Positions 7,684 to 14,407 of a stretch of 17,560 nt of DNA are shown here, one piece after another. The notes beneath the pieces are model-generated. The model did no database searches. It was not told the origin of the DNA and worked only from the letters and a program-made list of their open reading frames with translations. A program made the position numbers and the translations under genes. Position 1 is the first letter of the stretch. Every line of letters starts with the position of its first letter. The stretch comes from Candidatus Omnitrophota bacterium (lineage in GTDB: Bacteria > Omnitrophota > Gorgyraeia > 2-01-FULL-45-10 > JBDRSA01), in the NCBI GenBank assembly GCA_043825275.1, contig JBDRSA010000004.1, positions 1 to 17,560 of the forward strand, written 5' to 3'.

Positions 7684-9726
7684 GTGGGGACCGACAACTA
7701 CACTACGGTTGGACGCTTGAAAACAACGCGCAAACTGTTTTACAGTACTCTGCCGCTGAAGGCGGCCTTCTCTGTATTGGTATGTTCGCTGGCGATCCTG
7801 CCGCCTGCCGCGGCTGCTCAGAGACGGGCCGACGAAGCGATATTGGAAAGTGACATGGCGACCCGCCTCGAATCGATGGTAGAAAAAGTCGTCGGAAAGG
7901 AGCGCTCGATCGTAAAGGTAAAGGTCACCCTTTCGCGCCCCCAGGCTGAAGCTCCTCTCGGCAGCTTAAGAGGGAAGCTGGGCGACATGCCCGGTGTCGC
8001 GTTCTCGAAGGCGGAGCCCAAAAAAGAAGAGACGGTAAAACTCTCGGTCGGCCCCACGATCGAAAAGATCGCGATCACGATCTTTCTCGACAACAAGATC
8101 GCCTCCGATAAGATCGACAGCATAAAAGAATCCATTCCCCGGTGGATGGATCTCGATTTCGAACGCGGCGATACGCTGAAGATCGAGCTGAAGCCGTGGA
8201 AAGAGCTTCCGCCGGAAGATATCGCGATAAAACAGCTGTCGTTCCTGAAAGGAAATCTTTTGGCGATCGTCGCCATCGCCAGTATCGTCATCCTGGTCTT
8301 CGTCCTTATGGCCGTACTTGCCGTACCGGCCAGGAAAATGATCAAACAGCGGTTGAAGATGCCGTCCGACGAGAAAAAGCTCAAGGATCTCGCCAAGGTG
8401 ATGGGTGACCTGAAAAACGTTATCATTAAATCGACCGCCGGCGCGGCGAAGAACGTCGATACCCTTCTTGAGGATATCAAAGGGATCCTCGCGAGAGCCC
8501 CCTCGAGAAGCGACGGCCTGCTTGAAGAAATACGGGATGTGCTTGAAAATATCGCCACAAAATCGATGAAGGGGGGCGAGGGAGGCTCCGGCGGGGCCGG
8601 CGGCTCGGCCGGATCCGCCGCCGGTTTACAGGCGCCCGAGTTCCTCCAGGCACTCAGGGATACGCTCGCGCCGATGGGCGGCGACGGAGGGTTATCCCCC
8701 GAGGCGCTCCAGGTGCTCCAGAGCATCGAGGAGCACATCAAAAGACAGGTTGACGGCGTTGCCGCGGGCGACATTCTTGACGAGCCGTTCAAATATCTCA
8801 ACTCTATCTCGACCGGTGAGATCTCCCTGTATATCGACGGCGAGGAGCCGAGGATCGCCGCCATAATACTGGGACATATCGACCCGAACAAAGCGGCGGA
8901 AGTCGTAGCTGAGCTATCCGACGAAAGAAAGATAGAGGTTTCGGTCGCCATGGCAACCCTTGTCGAGACCGATAAAGTCGCCGCCGAAATAAAGGACTTT
9001 ATCCGCCGCAAAATGCCCGAAGTCAAGCTGAGAAGCGACTTTCAGCCTATTACGGGAAGCAAGGCGCTCGCGGAGCTTTTGAGCTCTTCAACGCTTGATA
9101 TTACGAATTATGTCCTCGACAATCTCCAGAAGAGTAACCCCTCGATCGCGGAAGCGGTAAAGAAGGAGATGTTCCTCTTTGAGGATATCGCGGGCCTGCA
9201 GAATGAAGGCGTCGCGGAGCTGTTAAAAAGCACCGACCGGCATCGTCTTAGTCTTGCCCTTCTGAAGGCGTCGGACGCGGTTAAGACCAAATTTTTTAAC
9301 AACATGACCGAGCGCGCCGTCGCGATGGTCAAGGAGGAGATGAGCGCCCTGCAGCCCGTATCCGATGAGGGTTTGAAAGACGAAATTCTGTTTTTTGAGG
9401 ATATCGTAAATCTCGGCCAGAAGAGATTTCAGCAGATCTTTTCGAATATCGACCGAAATATGATAAAGCTCGCGCTCAAAGGGTCGTCCGAAGAAGTCCG
9501 TACTAGGGTCTTCGCGGTCATGACCGAGCGCGGAGCGGCAATGCTGCGGGAAGATATCGAGGTTATGCCGAACATCGCGCGGGAACGCACGCTCGAGGCG
9601 CAAAAAGAGATACTGGATTACGTGCGTAAACTGGAGATGGAACCTATTGTCGCTCAACAGGAGATCATCGCCAAGGTCAGAGAGCTCGAACGCGCCGGAA
9701 GGCTCTCGCTCGGATCGCGGTCCTGA
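7684..9726 (+). CDS. Truncated FliF (C-terminal RBM3-like + TM) fused to FliG middle/C-terminal domains (680 aa)
   Basis: GTG start with an upstream AGGAAA. FliF-like: RLESMVEKVVGKERSIVKVKVTLS...VKLSVGPTIEKIAITIFLDNK...IPRWMDLDFERGDTLKIELKPW, followed by a TM. FliG-like: DGEEPRIAAIILGHIDPNKAAEVVAELSDERK (cf. EHPQTIA.ILS.LDP..AAEVL), MFLFEDIAGL..., LALKGSSEEVRTRVFAVMTERGAAMLREDIEVM and EAQKEILDYVRKLE. Confidence 0.85.
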   Translation: MGTDNYTTVGRLKTTRKLFYSTLPLKAAFSVLVCSLAILPPAAAAQRRADEAILESDMATRLESMVEKVVGKERSIVKVKVTLSRPQAEAPLGSLRGKLGDMPGVAFSKAEPKKEETVKLSVGPTIEKIAITIFLDNKIASDKIDSIKESIPRWMDLDFERGDTLKIELKPWKELPPEDIAIKQLSFLKGNLLAIVAIASIVILVFVLMAVLAVPARKMIKQRLKMPSDEKKLKDLAKVMGDLKNVIIKSTAGAAKNVDTLLEDIKGILARAPSRSDGLLEEIRDVLENIATKSMKGGEGGSGGAGGSAGSAAGLQAPEFLQALRDTLAPMGGDGGLSPEALQVLQSIEEHIKRQVDGVAAGDILDEPFKYLNSISTGEISLYIDGEEPRIAAIILGHIDPNKAAEVVAELSDERKIEVSVAMATLVETDKVAAEIKDFIRRKMPEVKLRSDFQPITGSKALAELLSSSTLDITNYVLDNLQKSNPSIAEAVKKEMFLFEDIAGLQNEGVAELLKSTDRHRLSLALLKASDAVKTKFFNNMTERAVAMVKEEMSALQPVSDEGLKDEILFFEDIVNLGQKRFQQIFSNIDRNMIKLALKGSSEEVRTRVFAVMTERGAAMLREDIEVMPNIARERTLEAQKEILDYVRKLEMEPIVAQQEIIAKVRELERAGRLSLGSRS

Positions 9727-9785
9727 CCGCTCTCGATTCATTGATCTCAGTCATCAAAAGAAACCGGTGGAAGAAAGGATCAAGC

Positions 9786-9980
9786 ATGATCATCGTTACA
9801 AAGTTTGACGGCAAGGAACTGGTAGTGAACGCCGACCTTGTAAAGTTCGTCGAAGCGAAACCTGACACTATCATGACGCTCACCACCGGTGAAAGGATCA
9901 TCGTAAAAGAACCCCGCGATGAAGTTATCAGCCGGATCATTAAGTATAAGCAGTTGGTACATCAACCCCCCGTCCAATAG
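9786..9980 (+). CDS. flbD: FlbD/SwrD family protein (64 aa from the second Met of ORF 9741..9980)
   Basis: MIIVTKFDGKELVVNADLVKFVEAKPDTIMTLTTGERIIVKEPRDEVISRIIKYKQLV matches the FlbD pattern (I.VTRLNGK...LN.DLIE.IE..PDT.ITL..G.K..VKE....VI..I..Y). AAAGGA lies just upstream of the ATG. Confidence 0.88.
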   Translation: MIIVTKFDGKELVVNADLVKFVEAKPDTIMTLTTGERIIVKEPRDEVISRIIKYKQLVHQPPVQ

Positions 9981-9995
9981 AACAGAGAGGCGACC

Positions 9996-10751
9996 ATGGC
10001 GATAACAACTATAACCGGGCTTCTCCTGGCGGCGTTCTTTCTTCTTTTCGGTATCGCGACACGCGGCGGTATGTCCCGGATCATGGTCTTCGTCGATCCG
10101 GGATCTCTTATGCTGGTTGTCGGCGCCAGTATTTCGGCGCTCATCACGAACTATACGTTTAAAGAGATATGGCTGGCCATGAAAGCTATCCGTTTCGCCT
10201 TTCTGCCGAAACCCCCGATGCCTGAAGCGGTTATCGATCTGATCGTGCGCATGGCCATCAAAGCGCGCAAAGAAGGGTTCATTTCACTGCGGGAAGAGTC
10301 ATCCGGCGAAAAATTTCACCTGGTCGACCTGGGTGTCGGCCTCATCGCCGACGGGACCGATCCCGAGGTGACCCGGGAGATCCTCGACGCCGCGAGCTTC
10401 ACCGAGGGCGGCATGCTCGCTTCAAACGAGCGTGTCTGGAGGGACCTGTCGGTTTATACTCCCATGTTCGGTATGGTCGGAACGCTGATCGGCCTTATCC
10501 TGATGCTGCGGGGTTTGTCCGACCCCGCGACCATCGGCCCGGCAATGGCCATGGCGCTCATAACAACGCTCTACGGCATCGTTATCGCGGGTGTGCTTTG
10601 TCTTCCGATCGCCGGAAAGATCAAAAATTATAACGATCGGGTAGCGGTCCTGAGAACGCTTATGATCGAGGGCCTCATCTCCATCCAGGCGGGTGACAAC
10701 TCCCAGATCGTTGAGGCGCGCCTCAAGGCTCATATCGCCAAAGAATCCTAA
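9996..10751 (+). CDS. motA: MotA-family stator protein (251 aa)
   Basis: Four hydrophobic segments; VDPGSLMLVVGASISALI, YTPMFGMVGTLIGLILML..LSDPATIGPAMAMALITTLYGIVIAGVLCLPIAGKI and MIIEG-like MIEGLISIQAGDNSQIVEARL are diagnostic of MotA. GAGAGG is upstream. Confidence 0.95.
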   Translation: MAITTITGLLLAAFFLLFGIATRGGMSRIMVFVDPGSLMLVVGASISALITNYTFKEIWLAMKAIRFAFLPKPPMPEAVIDLIVRMAIKARKEGFISLREESSGEKFHLVDLGVGLIADGTDPEVTREILDAASFTEGGMLASNERVWRDLSVYTPMFGMVGTLIGLILMLRGLSDPATIGPAMAMALITTLYGIVIAGVLCLPIAGKIKNYNDRVAVLRTLMIEGLISIQAGDNSQIVEARLKAHIAKES

Positions 10752-10758
10752 TAAAAGA

Positions 10759-11553
10759 ATGCCCGTTCACAGCCTCTATAAAAAAAAGAAAGCTTTCCCT
10801 TCGGTCTCCGGAGAAAGCGAGCTTGAAGACAGCTGGCCGCCTACCTGGTCCGTCAGCTTTGCCGACCTGACGACGCTGCTAATGTCGGGGTTCATCCTCT
10901 GGTACGCTCTTACCGCGATGAAGATCCCGCCGGAACTTCTCGCGATCAAAGAGATCGATCAGGTTATTCCCGCCGATATCAAGATCATGGAAAACTTCGA
11001 ACAGGCGGGCGCCGATCAATCAAGGATCATGCTCAAGATCAAGGCCCTCACCCCCAAACAGCGCAGGCTTGTCAGAGAGATGAAGGCCCTGAGGGAGCTC
11101 AAAGAGACGATCGAGCGCCAGATAACCCAGGCCGGCCTTGACGACAAAGTAGACGTTCGGGTAGAGATCGACGCGGTGCTCATAACGCCGCGTGAGCCTT
11201 TTCTCTTCGGGGAGGGGGACGCCCGGCTCAAACAGAGCTCGTTCGCGCTGCTTGACACAATTATCGAAACGATACGGTCACGGTCATACTACCGGATACG
11301 CGTCGAGGGCCATACCGACAGCGCGCCGATCGGCCCTTTCCGCAAGATCCTGTTCCCCACGAATTGGGAGCTTTCCTACAAACGGGCGATAACGGTAGCT
11401 CAATATCTTATTGCCGGAAATATATCGCCCGCGGCCATCGGGGTGACCGGATACAGCGATACAAAACCGAAGGTTGTGGGCGATGACCCGGAAAGCAGAG
11501 AGAAGAACAGAAGGGTCGACATTTATATTTATCTCAAGAAGGTCGAAAGGTAG
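10759..11553 (+). CDS. motB: MotB-family stator protein, copy 1 (264 aa from internal Met; the ORF track starts at 10693)
   Basis: WPPTWSVSFADLTTLLMSGFILWYAL with the conserved TM Asp (D36). OmpA/peptidoglycan-binding region: RVEGHTDSAPI....NWELSYKRAITVAQYL...GVTGYSDTKP....REKNRRVDIYI. The ATG at 10759 is 7 nt after the motA stop. Confidence 0.93.
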   Translation: MPVHSLYKKKKAFPSVSGESELEDSWPPTWSVSFADLTTLLMSGFILWYALTAMKIPPELLAIKEIDQVIPADIKIMENFEQAGADQSRIMLKIKALTPKQRRLVREMKALRELKETIERQITQAGLDDKVDVRVEIDAVLITPREPFLFGEGDARLKQSSFALLDTIIETIRSRSYYRIRVEGHTDSAPIGPFRKILFPTNWELSYKRAITVAQYLIAGNISPAAIGVTGYSDTKPKVVGDDPESREKNRRVDIYIYLKKVER

Positions 11554-11565
11554 CGTCCTCAAGCC

Positions 11566-12318
11566 ATGATCGAATCAAGAATTCAACGGCGCGATCAAGC
11601 GACATCAACGCTTCAGGAGGTTTGGCCGCCGAAGTGGTTCTTTTCGTATTCGGACCTGTCGGTGCTCCTGATGACCTTCTTTATCATTCTCGCCACGATG
11701 CTTTCCCTGAAGATCCCGCTCTACGTGTTTGCCGACGCGAGATTAAAACCGCTCCTGGATGAACGGATGGTCGTCTTTGAAGAGATCAGGCGGCTCACGG
11801 AACTCGAGAAGATGATGATGGATGAATTTCAATCAATGCGGCCCGATCAGGTCAAGCGCCTCATCGCGCTCGAGAAGATGAATGAGTTGAAAAAAAGTAT
11901 CGATAAGTACATCAAGAAGATGCAGCTGGAAAATTTTATCAAGATCGAAGCCGGAAAGTGGAAGCTCCGGCTGGTGCCCTTGTCTCCCTTGCTGTTCGGC
12001 CGCGGCGACGCCGTTCTGCGTCAGGAAGCGAAAGATTTTCTCGATCAGATAGCGGAATTCGCCGCAATGTACCCGTCGCGCCTTTCGATCGAGGGGCACA
12101 CGGACGACACCCCTATCAACACCCGTCAATTCTCCTCAAACTGGGAACTTTCCGCGGCCCGCGCGAACAGCATTATGCGCTATCTGGCCACCGAACACAA
12201 GATCCCCTCTGATAAGATCGACGCGGTCGGATACGGGGAATACCGGCCGCTCGTCCCCAACGACTCGGATACAAACCGCGCCTCCAACCGCCGGGTCGTT
12301 ATCGAACTGCTTATTTGA
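11566..12318 (+). CDS. MotB-family stator protein, copy 2 (250 aa)
   Basis: WPPKWFFSYSDLSVLLMTFFIIL with the conserved TM Asp (D30). SIEGHTDDTPINTRQFSSNWELSAARANSIMRYL...DAVGYGEYRPLVPNDSDTNRASNRRVVIELL is an OmpA-like peptidoglycan-binding domain. Confidence 0.93.
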   Translation: MIESRIQRRDQATSTLQEVWPPKWFFSYSDLSVLLMTFFIILATMLSLKIPLYVFADARLKPLLDERMVVFEEIRRLTELEKMMMDEFQSMRPDQVKRLIALEKMNELKKSIDKYIKKMQLENFIKIEAGKWKLRLVPLSPLLFGRGDAVLRQEAKDFLDQIAEFAAMYPSRLSIEGHTDDTPINTRQFSSNWELSAARANSIMRYLATEHKIPSDKIDAVGYGEYRPLVPNDSDTNRASNRRVVIELLI

Positions 12319-12352
12319 ACAGTCGTAGAGCTTTTACATGCCACGACTGTTC
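12317..12352. terminator. Inverted repeat at the end of the motor operon
   Basis: gaacagtcgt (12317-12326) pairs with acgactgttc (12343-12352), 16-nt loop. It overlaps the stop of the second motB copy and has no clear T-tract. Confidence 0.35.
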
Positions 12353-12388
12353 ATCCTGAGCGAAGCGAACGATCTCATTCCATAACTT

Positions 12389-12409
12389 CCTCTCCCCGGA
12401 GGGGAGAGG
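12389..12409. repeat. GC-rich perfect hairpin in the convergent intergenic region, likely dispersed intergenic repeat or terminator
   Basis: cctctcccc gga ggggagagg. It lies next to CATCCTGAGCGAAGCGAACGATCTC, a string resembling common bacterial intergenic repeats. Confidence 0.45.
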
Positions 12410-12467
12410 ATTGAGGTGAGGGGTACCCTTGAATGCTTGTACATTGCTACCGGCTTCGGTATCCCGG

Positions 12468-12761
12468 TCAAAACTTCATCTGGGATCTCACCCTCGTAGG
12501 ACTGCCGTCTTCTGACGAGTGATACTTTATCTGAGGATTCATCCAATACCTAAGATAGCGGGTAATAGTCTTTCCTCCGACAATATACCCGCAAAGAGCC
12601 GCCATTATCACAATAAAAACCTTGAGCAGTATCGTGGCTCTAAATCGGCTCTTCCTTGCTATCTTCTCTTTTATCTTTATTTTAATACGGTTTTGCGAAC
12701 GGCCAAACGTATTCCCGCCCGGAGCTTTTTCCGTATTCTCATCATGTCTGAAATTATCCAT
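12468..12761 (-). CDS. Small single-TM protein (98 aa from internal Met of ORF 12468..12872)
   Basis: MDNFRHDENTEKAPGGNTFGRSQNRIKIKIKEKIARKSRFRATILLKVFIVIMAALCGYIVGGKTITRYL... Basic segment then one hydrophobic helix. It is co-directional with and just downstream of the 12838..14316 gene. Confidence 0.4.
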   Translation of the reverse strand: MDNFRHDENTEKAPGGNTFGRSQNRIKIKIKEKIARKSRFRATILLKVFIVIMAALCGYIVGGKTITRYLRYWMNPQIKYHSSEDGSPTRVRSQMKF

Positions 12762-12837
12762 GTACTTTTCCGTTATCTTTTGCCATGAACGATCTTTGTT
12801 CCCGTCAATTATCCGGCTTCCGCTGTATCTCCGGCCT

Positions 12838-14316
12838 CTACTCAACGGTAAAAGTACCGACCACCCAGTCACCGTATTTTTCGTAGTTTACATACGGCTG
12901 TTTGAACGTATCGCTTGGATAAGTCGGCTGGTCGATTTGATAAACCCCGTCCTTTCCTCTGTAGTATCTTACATAGCTTGCTCCCTCCTGAGTCTTTTGT
13001 TCAATAAAAAGACCTGCTTCAATATCATAAATGCCGGGGGGCGTATCATCAGGTATGTACACTCGCTTCGGCCCCTGGGTAATAATCTCACCAACCTTCC
13101 ATTCCGTCGCTTGAGGAATCAGTGAAGAATCGGCATTAATATAGCCGGCCTTATCGTTCTGTCGATAAATATGCATGAATAACGCGTAATTTTTCTTAAA
13201 CTTTCTTGATATTGAAAAAGATAACTCTATATCGATCGTTCCACCGGGTCGTACACTGTTTTGAGAAAGTTTTGTCCCTTCGAAAGTAACAAAAGGGCCC
13301 GTCTCATTGCCCAGATTGAAAGAGACAAGCCAAACATCATCGAGATATATTGTCGCCTGAGCGCCGCCGCGATAAAAATTAAAATCGTCTATATCGCCAA
13401 GGTCGATCTTCTCGCCGACAGCCGATAAATTAATAACATACGGCTTATCTTTCTCCGTTGTACCGGGTATTCCAACCGTAAATCTTCGTCCCGTTCTGTC
13501 TTTGATCTGCAAGGTAAGGGGAGTATTTGAATACGTGTGGCCATCCTTCTCCGGTCCATAGACGTAAAAACGCAATTCATCATAGAGTAACCAATCGTGG
13601 TATTTCGGATTACTATATCTAAAAAAATTGTTGAGTCGAACCGTAGGCATGCCGCCTTCGTTGAATGTTATTTTGGCCGCCTGCTTCCCTTGAGCAACAT
13701 TCTCTTTTTCCTGCTCAATAACGGCGCCGGATAGCTCCCATTTCCTTACATCGACCAGATCTTCAAAATCACTTATTACAAGATCTTCGATCTTCTTTTC
13801 CTCATTCTCATCTGCCGGCTCGACCACACGCAACGTCCCGACAATAAAATCTTTTATATCCGCGTTGGTATACGGCTCCCTGATATAGATCGGTCCCGCA
13901 GATGTCTGTTTCGTCGAATAGAGCCCCATCCTTACACCATACTCTCCCGCCGGTATGTCAGAAGGAATAAAAACATTGACCGGACCTACGGAAACCGCGT
14001 CACCAACTACCCACATCGTTGTAGGCGTCGCGGGCGAAAAATCATTATTGATAACGATCGCGTGCGTCTTGAGATCTACAATATGCAGATAAAACCCGTA
14101 ATCTTCCCAAATATTCTTGGTGATCGAAAAATCAGCGTTCAAGAAGAAGATCTCCCCTTTTTGGACCTTATCGGGAATATCGAGCGTCCCTAAAGTTATG
14201 ATCGCCTTTCCTTCCCGGACAATAGATTTCGCTTGAACGGTAAAAGAAAAGATGGTGCCAATTAAAAGAATAGGTATAGATACCCGCCGAATATGATAAA
14301 ACAGCATCTTTTTCAT
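12838..14316 (-). CDS. Secreted multi-domain protein with two Wzt-C-like beta-sandwich modules flanking a CBM-like module (492 aa)
   Basis: Signal peptide VSIPILLIGTIFSFTVQA. Modules FYLHIVDLKTHAIVINNDF...VSVGPVNVFIPSDIPAGEYGVRMGLYS...IKDFIVGTLRV and YALFMHIYRQNDKAGYINAD...ITQGPKRVYIPDDTPPGIYDIEAGLF...DWVVGTFTV. Middle: VISDFEDLVDVRKWELSG...YLDDVWL. Confidence 0.7.
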   Translation of the reverse strand: MKKMLFYHIRRVSIPILLIGTIFSFTVQAKSIVREGKAIITLGTLDIPDKVQKGEIFFLNADFSITKNIWEDYGFYLHIVDLKTHAIVINNDFSPATPTTMWVVGDAVSVGPVNVFIPSDIPAGEYGVRMGLYSTKQTSAGPIYIREPYTNADIKDFIVGTLRVVEPADENEEKKIEDLVISDFEDLVDVRKWELSGAVIEQEKENVAQGKQAAKITFNEGGMPTVRLNNFFRYSNPKYHDWLLYDELRFYVYGPEKDGHTYSNTPLTLQIKDRTGRRFTVGIPGTTEKDKPYVINLSAVGEKIDLGDIDDFNFYRGGAQATIYLDDVWLVSFNLGNETGPFVTFEGTKLSQNSVRPGGTIDIELSFSISRKFKKNYALFMHIYRQNDKAGYINADSSLIPQATEWKVGEIITQGPKRVYIPDDTPPGIYDIEAGLFIEQKTQEGASYVRYYRGKDGVYQIDQPTYPSDTFKQPYVNYEKYGDWVVGTFTVE

Positions 14317-14407
14317 TGTTATCTTTCTCCTTTTTTAAAATACTAAAAATACATATATCAGACAGAGGGTCTATCTTTTTGTCAGCCAGTTTTCGACGCA
14401 AATGGCT

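Noticed and set aside
7818-9026. Minus-strand 402-aa ORF opposite the rotor gene, and 9223..9741 minus
   Set aside because: Exact antisense of recognisable FliF/FliG coding sequence; Ser/Thr/Ile-rich mirror composition and no homology signal.
9996-11553. ExbB/ExbD, TolQ/TolR or AglRQS-type system
   Set aside because: The four-TM MotA signature with PMFGMVGTLIGL and LYG..., together with full OmpA-domain MotBs, fits MotAB rather than ExbBD/TolQR. FliG homology also supports flagellar ancestry.
9996-12318. Zorya-like anti-phage system (ZorA/ZorB are MotA/MotB-like)
   Set aside because: MotA here is a normal-length 251 aa without a long cytoplasmic tail. No ZorC/D/E-like helicase or nuclease gene is adjacent, while FliF/FliG and FlbD parts are present.
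12334-12546. Minus-strand 70-aa ORF
   Set aside because: Its translation (SPPGRG, MRSFASLRM) is the typical spurious product of common intergenic repeat sequences.
12622-13125. Plus-strand 167-aa ORF
   Set aside because: Antisense to the ends of the 12468..12761 and 12838..14316 genes, with no recognisable domain and no promoter or RBS support.
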